From Utricularia gibba (lineage: Eukaryota; Plantae; Magnoliophyta), in the NCBI GenBank assembly GCA_002189035.1, contig CM007991.1, forward strand, positions 4,774,001-4,838,000: a DNA stretch of 64,000 nt, written 5' to 3'. The notes under the pieces were generated by a model. That model did not search any database and was not told where the DNA came from. It saw only the letters and a program-made list of their open reading frames with translations. The stretch's first letter is position 1; each line of letters starts with the position of its first letter. Positions 27,204 through 41,191 of the stretch are shown here, piece by piece. Both the position numbers and the translations under genes were made by a program.

Positions 27204-28011
27204 GATGGCCGTACTCAAGATACAATTTTTCGAAAATGGATAAGTCTAAGCTGTTCTATAAGCAAGTTTAGTCGTTGTTTTGATTGTATTGTTGCAAGAG
27301 GAGGGAGCGGATTCAATGAACATGATTTTAAGCAACAAGCTTTAGAGTTATACAAAGTTGAAGTGAATAAAGATTTCATTGATGTCAAGTGTTTTGCGAT
27401 ACTACACAATGATCCAAAATGGATGTCGGTAAGAAATCTTAAGTTGTTTTGAACTTATTTATTATTAGTTCTAATGTTTTTTTTTTTTTGCAAGACGAAT
27501 GGAATGACAAGTGCTAATCAAGTAACTCAACTTCAAACTACCATGGAATCACTATCAAATGAGCATGGCAAATTTCTAATACACTTAATCTTTGTATTTA
27601 CTTTCTATTGTTGATTTCTTATTATTTATTCTTATTTTCTTGTTAGGTCTTGATAACATTCAAGCATCACCTACTCCACCAGAAGAAAGGCCAATAGGGC
27701 AAAAAGTGGCAAAGCATAAACACACGGAAAAAGAAGTGGTTGGATCAAATTCTAAACAAGTTGCATATTCAAGACTACGAGGTGATATCATTGCAATGAA
27801 GATGAGTTTTGATAACAGGAATACATTGATGTGGCAATTCAATCAACTTTATATGGTATCATTAACAAATGAGCTTTCAAAGGTAGATGTTGCAAGTATG
27901 ACCCGGGAACAAAAAATTATGCAAGAACTTGTTTATCATGGTCTCACTAATGCCTTGACAATTTCTGCCCCAATTATCCGAAACCAAAAGGAGGATGCAT
28001 CGGATGATTAA
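27204..28011 (+). pseudogene. Harbinger Myb/SANT (NAM-associated) protein, spliced; 5' exon uncertain
   Basis: Exon after TTTTATAG: DGRTQDTIFRKW..SGFNEHDFKQQALELYK..FAILHNDPKWMS, then GTAAG donor at ~27428; last exon GLDNIQASPTPPEERPIGQKVAK. Confidence 0.75.
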
Positions 28012-28319
28012 TATTATTGTATTTGACTTTGAAGTTTGGTTTCCATTAGAGACTACTTCAATTTAGTGAGTTTTAAACTTGCTAATGGTTTTTTATAACA
28101 AATAAATATGATTATCACTTAGTTATGTTATTTTATCGTAAATAAATTGATAATAATAATGAAAAGTAAATGTATTAATAGTTTATAAGAATTAAATTTG
28201 TAGGTCTAAATAAAAGTTTTCGGTACTAACGAAAAGAATATGTTGATTGAATAAATATGTAGTTAATATGAATAGGTTGATTAAAATTAAATTAATGTTG
28301 AGTAGCTGAAAATTAAATT

Positions 28320-28682
28320 GATAGTTGAAATGAAAATTAAATCTTTTAGTAAATTGAAATATAATTGATAAAAATAACATCGGCAGTTTAAATAAAAAGT
28401 AAATCACTTAGTAAATATAAATATACTTGATAGAAATAACATCGGTAGTTAAAATAAAAATTAAATCACCTAATAAATATAAATCTATTTAATAGAAATA
28501 ACATCGGTAGTTGAAATAAAAATTAAATCATGTAGTAAATATAAATGTATTTGATAGAAATAACATAGATTGTTGAAATAAAAATTAAATCATGTAGTAA
28601 ATATAAATATATTTGATAGAAATAATATCGGTAGTTGAAATGAAAATTAAATTACCTAGTAAATAAAAATAAGATTGATAAT
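28320..28682. repeat. 62-bp minisatellite, about 6 units
   Basis: AATAACATCGGTAGTTGAAATAAAAATTAAATCA.. unit starts at 28373, 28435, 28497, 28559 and 28621. Confidence 0.92.
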
Positions 28683-28778
28683 TTAAATTAATATGTGCAT
28701 GAAAATATTTTTTGAAGTTGAAAACTACACTTATATATATATATGTAACTACTACTCAATTTTCTATTGTTATAAGAA

Positions 28779-30051
28779 ATGGATCCTTATTTGCCAAAAA
28801 GTTGGCCGATGATTTTTGACGATGAAGATGTAATTTGTACGGCAGAGTTATTCGAAGTGGCGGAAGCCTTTTGCAACAATTCTGATAATGAAGAAGAAGA
28901 ACCACATCCCGACAATACATTGAGCGGAATCATGAATTAGATCATGAAAGGTTTGTAGCTGATTACTTTTGTGATTGTCTATCTTATAGCGATGAAAAAT
29001 TCCGCCGAAGATTTCGGATGCGTCGACGCTTATTTGAACGGATTGTTGATACTATCAAATGAGAAGATCCATTTTTTCTGGAAAAGTTAGATTGCACTGG
29101 TCGACTTGGATTGAGTGCATTACAAAAGTGCATAGCAGCTATTCGAATGCTAGCATATGGATGTGGGGTAGATGCTGTTGATGAATATATTCATATTGGA
29201 GAGATAACATTCATAGATTGTCTTCGACACTTTATTATTACTATTCATTCATGTTTTACGACATAATATTCAAGGTCGCCAATAATAAATGACCTAGAAC
29301 ATTTGCTTGCATGGGGAGAATCTCGTGGATTTCTTGTGGAAGTGTAGAGTGCATGCATTGGGAGCGGAAAAATTACTCAGTAGCATGACAAGGTCAATTT
29401 AAACATGGAGACCATCACAAACCTTCGCTCATGTTAGAGGCAGTGGCTTTTGCTGATACATGGATTTGGCATGCTTGTTTTGAAATGTCAGGTGCGAATA
29501 ACTATATAAACGGTCGATGGCATTTCCCTTTGCTGTATGAGTTACATAACGGTGCTTCTGCAAGAGTAAAGTTTACTATCAATGGTTATAATTATGACAT
29601 GAGATATTATTTGGCGGATGGAGATTACCTTGAGTGGCCTATTTTTATGAAGTCTATTACATTGCCTCAAGGTCGAAAAGCTCGGCTATTTTCACAATTG
29701 CAAGAGAGTGTCAGAAAAGATATAGAATGCACCTTTGGGATCTTACAAATCCAATTTGTCATTCTGACTATGCCAGCAAGAGTTTGGGATTGAAAGACAC
29801 TAGGAGATACTATGTTTGCATGTATCATATTGCATAATGTAATAGTGGAACACGAAGGTTGTATAATTCCTCCTGAAAATACTGAAGATGATTATGATTG
29901 TTGTTCAACATTTCATCCTCCGAAAATTTATGGGAATGCTCATACAAATTTGCAAAGCTACCTTGGACATATGGAACACTCATGTGATATCAATATCTAT
30001 CGACAGTTGAAAAAGGACTTGATTGAGCATATTTGGACAAATTTCAATTGA
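28779..30051 (+). pseudogene. Harbinger DDE transposase, frameshifted
   Basis: FRRRFRMRRRLFERIV; LSALQKCIAAIRMLAYG..DAVDEY; LEAVAFADTWIWHACF; YYLADGDYLEW; SVRKDIECTFGILQ; ACIILHNVIVE. Confidence 0.92.
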
Positions 30052-30113
30052 TATTTTGTATGCATGATTTTAATTTTTAGTTTTTCTAACTAAAAACTAT
30101 TGGAGATGCTATA

Positions 30114-31300
30114 GAGCATCTTTACAAATTTAAGGAAATGCTGACATGGCATTCCCCGAAATTAAGTTATTGAGTTCCCTTTAATAAGTTTCCTTTGCAT
30201 TTGTATTCATTTCCAAAAATTGTAATATTAAAATAAAGATTCCAAACTACATTTTAATTTTAAACATTAAAATTGATAAATGACATCACAAAATCATGAA
30301 ATGAAATTCCTCAACAATCTAGAAATCAATTAAAATTTATCCAAATATGCTCGACCAAATCATCTTTTAACCGTTGGTGGATGCTAGTATCATGTGAGTT
30401 CTCTATTCGACTTAAATAACTTTGTATATTGATCCTAGCATCTGTATAAATTTTTGGTGTAGATCTTTCATATTCATCCATAGTATTGTATCTAAGAATG
30501 ACATGACCTTCATCTTCTACAATTATATTATACAATAGGATACATGCATACATAATATCTCCGAATGTTTTTTGATCAAAAGCTCTTTCAGGAGACATTA
30601 GTATTCCAAACCAGCTCTATATAATCCGAAAAGTGCGCTCTATATCCTCTCTAGGACTCTCTATATCATTTTTTTCACTCCCAATGCATGCAATCCATGC
30701 TTCCAAGCATTCAAGGAAAGCCCCTAGCCTTGCCCTAAGCAAACAAATGCTCTAAGTCTTCTACTGTAGGTGATCGTAAATATTGTTTTGAAAAAAAATA
30801 GCGAATGATGATAACAAAATTATGAATACACTTGATGGATGTTGCCTCTCCAATTGGAATATATTCGTCAACACTATGAACACTAGAACCCTAAGCTAAC
30901 AAACGCATAGTAGCCATGCACTTGTAAAGGGCTTAAGCTTAAGCTTAGGCGACCTTTGCAATCTACCCTGTCTTGAAAGTTGGGATCTTGATATTTGATA
31001 GTCTCAACAATTCTTTCAAATAAAGAACGTTTCATTCGAAATCCTCTACGGAATTGTTCATCTGTGTAAGTTGGGATGTTGCAAAAAAAAATCAGCTGCC
31101 AACCTTTTATGCCCTAATTCATGATTGTGTTCAAGTTGTTGTCGTTGATATCATTGTCGAGAAGGTTCTTGTGGCTCTTCATTTGAGTCATTGAAGAAGA
31201 AACTATATCCTTCTTCAACAATTGCTTCATAATCTATGTCATCCTCAGTAAAAAACAATGGAAAGTTTTGCGAAATAGTGGATTCATGGTAATAATCCAG
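30114..31300 (-). mobile_element. PIF/Harbinger element 2: 3' TIR and internally deleted transposase
   Basis: GAGCATCTT at 30114; minus ORF pieces FRRGFRMKRSLFERIV, MDCMH, REDIERTFR, ACILLYNIIVEDE; paralogous to 28779-30051. Confidence 0.88.
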
Positions 31301-32763
31301 TGAGGAAACCATATGGATACATGAACCTTAAATAGGCAAACAGACTAAAGGTCTTGCTTCTTTTTCAACACATGGAGAAGTGTGTGAAGGTGGAGTCCCT
31401 AGATCATTTCATCCCATTGTTAAGCCTTTATCCGATAATGTTGGAAACAAGAAAAAATAATATACTGTTAAGTGTCATTTTCTAGTTAATCATTAGGTAC
31501 TATTAGGTGTTAATCTAGTATTAAGTCGCCCAAATTAGGAGTCTTACTATTAAGTATTTGATTTTTGTTAGAAAATTCCTATTTTCCTATTTTGCATATA
31601 TTTTATGTCTTTTTTCTCACACTTTGACCGAGATATGTCAGGAGACTGACGTGGAGTGTTGTAGGAGTATTGCAGGTGGTCAGACTCTGAGTTTTCGTGC
31701 CTTGTACGTGATTTGGAATGATTTTGGGCGGAAGACTGACACTGGTCAAGGCCCTTGACTTACAGCATGTCAGAGTCTGCAGTAATGATTGGGCACTAAC
31801 TTGCACGGAACGGAAAGCTGCTGGCACATACAAAACAGAAGGAATGATGGGAAGGGAACCCAAAGGAGTTAATGCACGAGGGGATTGATATAAAAGCCAC
31901 TTGGAGCACTTAGTTTCGAGCGTTGGAACTTTAGACTTTTGATAATTTCTCTTTATACTTAGAACTTTTGAGTTTCCAATTTCGTTTCTGTTTTCATGGC
32001 CCTTTGTAGCTAAAACCTTTTAGTTTTTGGGAGAAGATGAAATTTCCTTCCAAGTCCCTAGCAATATACTTGGTTCTTCGCTGAATTGATTTCGGATTTT
32101 GCATACTTCCACGCATCTTGTTGCAGTCTTTCTATAACGACTCCTAGTCAAGGTCAATGAGTAGCAGGCCACTCCTCACGGATTTTGGTGAAGATCAAGG
32201 TGAATAGCACCAACTCCAACCTTGCCGATTCGAGGGAAGTAGCGGATTGTTTGTGGCCTAGCTACCGCGACAGTGGACATGTTGTGACCTCGGACCGGCC
32301 ACTAGTCATTGGCAGTAGTTGAACACATGCATGCAATTCAATTTTAAAGGCAATCGAAGACAATTCTTTTGCCTTCCTAATCGTCCAAGGAGGAATCACA
32401 TGAGGCTATTCCCGTGCCCACTTGTCAATCAGAGTGTAAGGGAGAGTAGGCTATTCCTTGCTCCTATAACCATCTATTCGAAAGAAATCAGTGAAAACCG
32501 AGGCGACGATAGACAAAGGAAGGAGATGGAATCTCATTCCAAGGAACTGCGTCCCGTAGTCAAGGCCCATCACTTAGGTAGTAACTTCTATTTCTGCATC
32601 TTAAAAACCCCTTTTTACAAAACCGTGACATTTTGTGAAAGTTTCTTGCAAACACTTTTCACGAAAAACAACTCCCTGAGATCGATACTCGTACTAGGCT
32701 TTTCGTATTTTACGTTTTCTAAATATTTAAAATTTGTTGAGGAAACGACACACAACAAATTTT

Positions 32764-32781
32764 TGGCGCCGTTGCCGGGGA
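32764..32781 (+). other. tRNA-Asp primer-binding site
   Basis: Exact TGGCGCCGTTGCCGGGGA following the LTR end CACAACA. Confidence 0.95.
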
Positions 32782-33106
32782 GTTGTGTATTTTTGTGTTT
32801 AGTGTTGTGTATCATTTTTCTTTTTTCTTTCTTTCTTTCTTCTTGTTTTACTTTTATTTCCGTTTTGCTGCTGTTTTTCTCTGTTTTTATGCATTCAGCT
32901 CCATCGAAGGGTCACCGAAACTTGAGATCATATCGAGACATCTTGTGCCCTTTAGCTCCGGAGGATAAGCCCACATTTCTAGCGAAAAAGCGGGAACAAA
33001 CTTCAAATCTATCTCCTGACGAAGAAATGGATGCTCAAACACCTACTCCATGGAGAATAGGAGCAACAGCACCCTCAATTTTTTCCAGTTTTGCCAATCA
33101 CTAATC

Positions 33107-36100
33107 ATGGCCCAACACTAAGGACCATCAAATAAGAAATCACCACCAACCATGCTGACCGACCACTTTGTATTATTTTTTATGCGGAAGAGGACTTTGA
33201 GCTTCGCCCATATCTGTTCCAGACACTTCCTAAGTTCGTTGGGAGAGAAAATGACGACCTAAATCGTCATCTTAGAGAGTTGCACATGGCTTGTGCATCC
33301 ATGCGCCCAAAAGGTGCGATAGAGAACCAAGTCAAGCTGCGGGTCTTCCCTTTCAATCTCACTGAGCGAGCCTTAGAGTGGCTTTATGGACTACCACCAT
33401 CCTCTATTGCTACCCGGGAGCAAATGGTTCAGAAGTTTCTTGATCGATATGTGCCCCTAGGAAGAGCCTCCGCGGGAAGAAGAGCTTTAGCTACCATGCT
33501 ACAAAGTGAAGGCGAAAATTTGCAAGAATATTATGAAGTATTCAACCGAATCTGTAACACTTATCCACAGCATGGACTTACTGAAGGTCAAATTTTACAA
33601 CATTTTTACGAAGGACTGACCCCCATGATCAGAGGACAAATGGATGCTGCTTGTAATGGGCCATTACTAGAGAACCGCCACAGCGCTGACGCCCGGAGAT
33701 TGATAGAACAAATGGTTGCCAACTCTTATTCTACTACCAGTCGATATGAATACTCATACCGAGCACCTGGAGGAAATTCTCAGCCTGTAAAATCAATGCA
33801 CAAAGTGGATAATTCTGAAGTTTTAGCTCAACTTGCTGCTATGAGTGATACCTTGAAGCTTGGTTTCCAATCACTTCAACAACAAGGAAGGTATCAAGGA
33901 TCTTCAACCTCTCATCTTTCTGATCCATGACCTATGATACATGAGATGCCAGTAGAAGAGGTGAACGCATTTTTCCAGAACCAAGGAGAAACCTACAATT
34001 ACGGAAACTACCAAATACCGCGAAGAGATCATCCTGGTTTCCGCTGGAGACAACAAGTACCTCCTGGTCAAGCCCCATCAATAGGGAACCCTTCTGCTGT
34101 TTCTAAGAAAACTCTCACTGCTCTGCCTCAACCTTTACAGATCACTGAAGTTCCAGATCAACCCCTTGTTCCTTATCAGCCAAATCATAATTTGGAGTCC
34201 ATGGCGAAGTCCCTTGTCGAGAGCACCACCAAAATGCATGCTGCACAAAAGGACATGGATGGACGAATTACAAGCATGCAAACTCAGATTACCCAGTTGG
34301 TTCAAGCCATGAACCAACTGGAGACACAAGGAGCACTGCCATCCCAACCAATGAAGAACCTAGAGCATATCAATGCCATATCTTCAAGAAGTGGGAAGGA
34401 TCTTCCAGAACCTTAACCATGGTTCATGACTAAGGTGGACAGATCTATAGAAAAAGAATTAGAAGTTTTGGATGACGATGATGACGTGGATGAAGAGATT
34501 ATTTCAGAGAATCCTGATAATTCTCCAGTCCAGAACATTCTTGTACTAACGCCACTTGAACAAGTGAAGGAGAAGGAGCCACAAGAAGTTGATCAACCCA
34601 AGTCTCTAGCCATTCCTCCTCCTTTTCCTATGAGACTTCGAAGGAAAAATAAAGACAAACGTGGACTGAAAGCTTTTATGGAGGTGGTGAAGAAGGTGAA
34701 CGTGAAGATTCCCTTGCTGGACATGATAGATCAAGTGCCGAAATATGCAAAAATGTTAAAGGACTTGTGTGACCCAAGAAGAAGGAAAAAGTGGAAGAGG
34801 TAATTCCTTTGACTGAAAATATTTCTGCAATTATTCAAAGAAGGCTTCCACGAATTTCAGTGGCCATGTGTGATTTAGGAGCATCGGTTAATGTTATGCC
34901 TAGATCCCTTTATCTTTCTCCTGCATCTAAGTTAGTGTTGTTTGTCAATTATCTGATAGATCGCATGTGAAGCCTGATGGTAGAGTTGATGATGTGTTTG
35001 TGCATGTTAAAGATTTGATTTTTCCTGCTGACTTTCTAGTTATTCCCATGGAGAGTGAAAATCCCATGATTTCGGAATCCATCATTTTGGGACGACCGTT
35101 TATGCCTACTGCAGGCACCAAAATTGATGTCCAAACTTGCACAATTTCCCTACACTTCGATGGACAGGTGCTGGACTTTAGCTTAGACAAAGCCATGCAA
35201 TATCCGAAATTTGCTCAATATCTACATCTGACACAGATGTAGAACACTTAGCGATGGTCCATGAGCAAGATCCCTTGCTAAAATGCCTCACTAAAAACTT
35301 TAATTCTGATCGTATTTCTTTTCATGATTCTGAACTTTTAAGTTATTTTGATTATTTTCCTGAAAAACTTGAATTTTCTGACGTTGCTTTTCTGAGTTTA
35401 GAAATGCCTTAGAAACTGCTGATTCCTTCCGTTATTCATGCCACATTACTAGAGTTAAAAACACTGCCTGAACATTTAAAATATTTATTTCTGGGCGAAA
35501 ATGATACTTTACTTGTTATTATCTCTAGTACACTAACTATAGAACAGGAGGAAAAACTCAAAAGTGTGCTCCAGGAGCACAAACAGGCAATTAGGTGGAC
35601 ATTGGCAGATATCAAAGGAATAAGCCCCTCCATATGCACTCACCGCATCTATTTGGAGAAGGGAACAAAGCCAATTCGCCAACCCCAAAGGAGATTGAAT
35701 CCACCTATGATTGAAGTAGTCAAGAAGGAGATTCTGAAATTGTTGGATGCAGGTATAATCTACCCTATCTCTGATAGTGAGTGGGTTAGCCCTGTGCAGG
35801 TTGTCCCGAAGAAAACAAGTATCACAATCATGGCCAATGACCAAAGGGAACTTCTACCTACCAGAGTGCAAAATGGCTGGCGAATGTGCGTAGATTACTG
35901 AAAATTGAATGCAGCCACCAAGAAGAACCACTACCCACTTCCATTCATTGACCAAATGTTGGAAAGTCTTGCTGGAAGGAGTCATTATTGCTGCTTGGAT
36001 GGATACTCCGGTTTCCATAAAATACCCGTGACTCTTGAGGACCAATCTAAGGTTGTTTTCGTTTGCCCTTTTGGAACTTTTGCTTACCATAAAATGCCTT

Positions 36101-37975
36101 TTGGACTTTGCAATGCACAAACAACATTTCATTGATGCATGGTTAGTATTTTTTCTGAATATGTTGAAAATATTTTAGAGGTTTTTATGGATGACTTTAC
36201 GTTTTATGGGAATAGCTTTGATGAATGTCTTGCTAATTTGTCATGGTAGAACAAGGTATCATTTTAAAACATGTTGTTTCCCAAAAGGGAATTGAGGCCG
36301 ACAAGACCAAGATTGAGGTAATCCAAAAATTACCTTATCCCACTTGTGTGAGAGATGTACATTCTTTCCTTGGACATACTGGTTTTTATCGTAGATTTAT
36401 TCAAGACTTTTCGAAAATTGCATCTCCCTATGTGCCTTGTTACATAAGGATATTGAGTTTCATTTTGATAGCCATTGCATGAACGCTTTTGATGTTTTGA
36501 AAGAGAAGCTTGTTTCAGCTCCCATTATTCAGGCTCCAAATTGGAGTCTACCATTTGAACTAATGTGTTATGCAAGTGATGTAGTTCTAGGTGCGGTTTT
36601 GGGACAAAAGGTGGAGAAACAATCCCATGTTATCCACTATGCATCCAAGTGCCTTGATGATGCCCAAAAGAGCTACACCACTACAGAAAAACAGTTGTTA
36701 ACCATTGTATTTGCCCTAGAGATATTTCGATCTTATTTGCTAGGAGCCAAAGTCATAGTCTATTCGGACCATACCCCATTGAGATATCTCCTCACCAAGA
36801 AGGATTCGAAGCCTAGACTCATTAGATGGATTTTGTTGCTTCAAGAATTCGACTTGGAGATCAAGGATAAGAAAGGATGCGAGAATTTAGTTGCAGACAT
36901 CCTCAGCCGCATCACTTTTGGAGAAAAATGAAGTCTTATCGATGACAGCTTCCTAGACAAACACCTATTCATGATCCATGATGAGAGTCCCTGGTATGCT
37001 GATATCGTAAATTTTGTAGTAACTGGACAGTTTCCTACAGATTTCCAGCACTACCAGAAGGAGAAATTGAGGAGTGACAGCTACCTTGCGGTGGACACTT
37101 TGGTGCAAAAGCTACTGCAAAGAAGGTCATGGAGGCTGAATTTTATTGGCCTACCATATTCAAGGATGCCTACCTTCATTGCAAGGCGTGTCCAAATTGC
37201 CAACGAGGAGGAAATTTGGGATACAAGGATCAAATGCCCCTTCAACCCATTATCATGTGTGAGATCTTTGATGCATGGGGCATTGACTTCATGGGACCAT
37301 TTCCACCTTCTCAAGCGAAGCTCTACATCCTTCTTGCTGTAGATTATGTTTCCAAATGGGTGGAGGCCATTGCTTGTGAAAGGGATGATGCCAAAACCGT
37401 GGGTAATTTCTTGACTAACATTTTGTTTCCTAGGTTTGGACATCCAAGATTATTATTTTAGATCGTGGCACTCATTTCGTGAATCATGATATCAAGAGTG
37501 CATTGGCCAAATATGGAGTCAACCACCGCCTATCCATAGCTAGACATCCTTAAACAAATGGCATGGCGGAAGTATCCAATAGAGAGGTGAAAAGGAATTG
37601 CATCACAGGGCATACTGGGCCGTCAAATCATGCATCCTGACTAGTGATCAAGCTGGAGAGAGTAGACTCTTAGACCTAAATGAGCTGGAGGAAATTCGCC
37701 TCAATGCCTACACTAACCAGCTCTTTCACAAGGAAAAGGTAAAACGCTTCCATGATAGTAACTTACATGGGAAGCAATTTTTAGTAGGTCAAAAGGTTCT
37801 CTTATTTGATACTACATTGAAAATCTTTCCCGGTAAATTGCTTTCTAAGTGGCTTGGACCTTATGAAGTTGTGAATGTTTTTCCCTCTGGTGCTGTTATT
37901 ATTCTTTCATTTGAGACATGGAAAAGCATTAAGGTGAATGGACACCGACTGAAGCCATTTTATGAGAATTTTTAG
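33107..37975 (+). pseudogene. gag-pol polyprotein with many stops, frameshifts and deletions
   Basis: gag QVKLRVFPFNL; protease AMCDLGASVNVM (~34865); RT SEWVSPVQVVPKK..WRMCVDY..YCCLDGYSGF..MPFGLCNA; RNase [17 protein letters not shown]; integrase [21 protein letters not shown]. Confidence 0.95.
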
Positions 37976-38279
37976 CTGTACAGTGTGTGCAGCTTACTCC
38001 TAGTTGAGGCTCATTAATAGGTGTCACAGTCGGCCAATGACTGTAAATTGGCGTTGCATGGGAGGCAACCCATGACTTTAATTTCGTAAACGTTACTCTT
38101 TCCTCGTTTTTATCACCCACTACTCCAAGTTACTTTATTTTCACCTGCCCCATGCCACCACTTACTCCCTTAACCGTTTGTACACTCAATCTCCTTTTTA
38201 TCTTTTGGAATTCCCATTTTACTGACCATTACCCCACTTCGCTATTGTAACTTGTGTTTCTCCGAATTTTCTGCTCACC

Positions 38280-39956
38280 ATGTCTAGACGCCCCACATCT
38301 CCGGTTACCCGAAGTGCAAGTGCTGCTAAGGCAGCAACTAGGAAGCGTGAACCTGCCGCAACTGGACCATCCCGAAGGACCCAGTGTCACCGCAGCAACA
38401 ACCCAGCAGAAGCTTCTGTGCTCACTGAGCATGAGCCATCTCTAGGCGTCGCGGCGGAGTCTGTTCCGATTGAGGTCACACCTCTGACCATTGTGTCTCC
38501 AAAGCTATACCTGGAATGGTACCCAGTCCCTGTTCCTGCTGCTGATGCACCTGAATCTTCAATGCCAAATTCCCCAGCAGCAATTTCTGCTCCCTACAGC
38601 CCGCAGCCCCCACAACCGGAAGAAATTGCTGGCACAAAAGGTCAGACAACAGGAATTCCTATTATTCACTCATCCCCTTCTCCAGTACAGGAAGAAGATT
38701 CCCCTGAAGAGATCACCATTGATGAAGAAGTTGATCTCTTGATTTCTGAAATGCAGCGTGCTGCTAATGAAGGGCCATGCCTAGAGTTCCTTCCTGGAGA
38801 ATAGGATGTAGATGAAGCAACTCAGCCCACACAACGAGGCAAAGGGCAGCGCGGTCGCATAAAATTCTGGCAAGACCGAGCCTTGGAGTCCCCTACCTGG
38901 ACCCAACTGAAAAACACCGTGAGATTTTCAGATAAGAACGCTCAACTTTTATTTAATCTCTTAACCTCACGTAGAATTCTTTTTGATTTTAAATTGCATA
39001 TGCCTACTTTGGTGCATCTGAATCTACTTGCTGATATTAACCGTTTATTTGATGCTTCTCCTGAGTGGCGTAAATTTTCTGAAATTAGCTTGCCAGTTTA
39101 TCCCAAACTTGTGTTTGAATTTTATACAACTTTTGTGTTTGAGGATGTGGCTGGAAATCCCCTTTTTGAGGAACTCATTTCTTTTCACCTTGGAGGCAAA
39201 AATTTTCACATGTCTATAAATGATTTTAATGTGGCTTTAGGCTTTGTTTCTAAATCTGATTTAGCCACTACTCATTACCTCCAAGCATTCTATGATTATC
39301 CTGAACATTTTTTAATGTGTTGAATGCCTATGCATCCATGTCTGTCTGTGAGCCCCATATTCTGTACGCAAACTCAAGGCCCATTACTTGAGGGCCCTGC
39401 TCTTTTAGTGTTGAACAGATATTTGGGAGGCTATTACAGCGCAACCCGACAAGGCACTAGCATCATTCCCAAGGTTATTGTGTTCTTTCTGTGGGCGATG
39501 ATGAAGAAGCTCCCCATCAATTTGGGAATGTGGATTGCAACTCAAATACACTCCATCACCGCCAAAAATGAAAGAGTGCTCCTCTTTGCTTCCCTCATCA
39601 CCAAGCTTGCCCAACACCTCAAAGTTAACCTTGACAAACAGACCCCTCAGGTAGATAATCATTTCCGTTATCTAGATTTGGATGACTTGTTTTCTTTCAA
39701 CTACCTGAAGAAGGTTGAGGGGAAGGCTGTTTTCGTGCAAGCGGGTATCAAGAGTACCATCACTTCCATGCCCCCCTCCATTGTGAACCCATATGGTGCA
39801 CCAACAGACGTTCCTTTGAGCACTGCACCATCAAGCCCCACCAAGCACACCCTCCTGCTAGCTATTCACAGTCTCCAGGAACAGGTTTCTGCGCTTTCCA
39901 TGAAGCTGGACACTCTCATGGCGTCTGCTTCACACTCTGACATGCCCCATGACTAA
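38280..39956 (+). pseudogene. Athila ORF2 (env-like, plant transposon protein)
   Basis: One reading frame of 559 codons with two internal stops (38802-38804, 39321-39323); VYPKLVFEFYTT..ISFHLGGKNFHMSINDFNVALGF motif; lies after integrase. Confidence 0.8.
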
Positions 39957-40779
39957 GGTACCCTCCGCTACACTTGATGATGAGGACAACCTCAAAATTA
40001 AGTGTGGGGGAGGAGTTTACGTTTCTTTTTATTTTCTAGTATTTTTTGGGTATTAGGACTTATATGTTGATTTTTTTCTGTTTTCGTACCTCATGTTTAG
40101 TTTTTCCCCTTTGTGTTTTTGTTTGTGAAAAAATCCCCACTATGCTCCTCAAGTACATTTCCTTTCATGAATAAGGCTAGAATTTTTAGTATTGATCATG
40201 CTTAGGTTCATGAATTCCTTGCTGCAAGGAAAATACTTCAATTATTTTTCTTTCTAGATATCAAGGTTTTGTTACATGATTTAGGAAAGACTATACCATG
40301 GCTATGACTATATTTTCATTCCTTGTATATATTATATTGTGAATAAATTTTTGCTGCTCATATAGTGACCAGACCGAGACAAAAAGAAAAAAAAAGAAGA
40401 AAAAAATATTAGGAGTGCCAAAGGTAAGGATGTTTGGCGAAACCGTGGTAATTATCACACATAAGGTTTCATAATCCAAATATTCTTCCCCAAAGCGGGG
40501 ACCTCTATCTGAAAAAAAAAAAAAGGTCTTGCGTCACTATAGTGTATGTTCTTTATTGTTTTTACCTTGATGATGTTAGTGTATAAGTAGTCATTGGTTA
40601 AGTCTTTAACTGATGCATGCAAACTTGAGTGGCTTGCCTTAATTTGATTGAAGAATAGAAAAAGAATTGACGTAAATTCCTGCTGTAAGATGAATGTACC
40701 TTAGTAATGCATCATGACTTAGGTTCTATCCTTTTTTGTGGATTGCTATGATTTTCATACTTGAAGACAAGCATGATTT

Positions 40780-40794
40780 AAGTGTGGGGGAATA
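40780..40794 (+). other. Polypurine tract (a second copy at 39998-40016)
   Basis: AAGTGTGGGGGAATA directly before the LTR TGTTAA; TTAAGTGTGGGGGAGGAG follows ORF2. Confidence 0.85.
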
Positions 40795-41191
40795 TGTTAA
40801 GTGCCATTTTCTAGTTATTTATTAGGTATTATTAGGTGTTAATCTAGTATTAAGTCGTCCAAATTAGGAGTCTTACTATTAAGTATTTGATTTTTATTAG
40901 AAAATTCCTATTTTCCTATTTTGTATATATTTTATGTCTTTTTCCTCACACTTTGATCAAGACATGTTAGGAGACTATCGTGGAGTGTTGCAGGAGTATT
41001 GCAGGTGGTCACACTCTGAGTTTTCGTGCCTTATACACGATTTGGAACAATTGTGGGCAGAAGACTAACATTGGTCAAGGCTCTTGACTTACGGCATATC
41101 AAAGTCTGCAACAATGATTGGGCGCTAACTTTAATTTTTCCCACCTCCACTGCATGTAACCCAACAATACAGAAACTACTGGAACTAAGGA

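Larger units (their letters stand above)
26769..30110 (+). mobile_element. PIF/Harbinger element 1 (Myb/SANT ORF plus DDE transposase), both TIRs present
   Basis: TTA then GAGTATCTCCAA at 26766-26780; TTGGAGATGCT at 30100-30110; both expected ORFs lie inside. Confidence 0.85.
31466..41131 (+). mobile_element. Near full-length Athila-type element C1 (3' LTR truncated)
   Basis: 5' LTR 31466-32757; PBS; gag, protease, RT, RNase H, integrase; ORF2; PPT; 3' LTR 40795-41131 matches the first ~340 bp of the 5' LTR. Confidence 0.95.

Noticed and set aside
27592-27646. Hydrophobic N-terminus (signal peptide) of the 139-aa ORF
   Set aside because: It is translated T-rich intron ending TTGTTAG before the Harbinger exon.
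32319-33104. 261-aa ORF as a host gene
   Set aside because: It runs across the LTR end, PBS and T-rich leader, with low-complexity F/L/S content and no domain motif.
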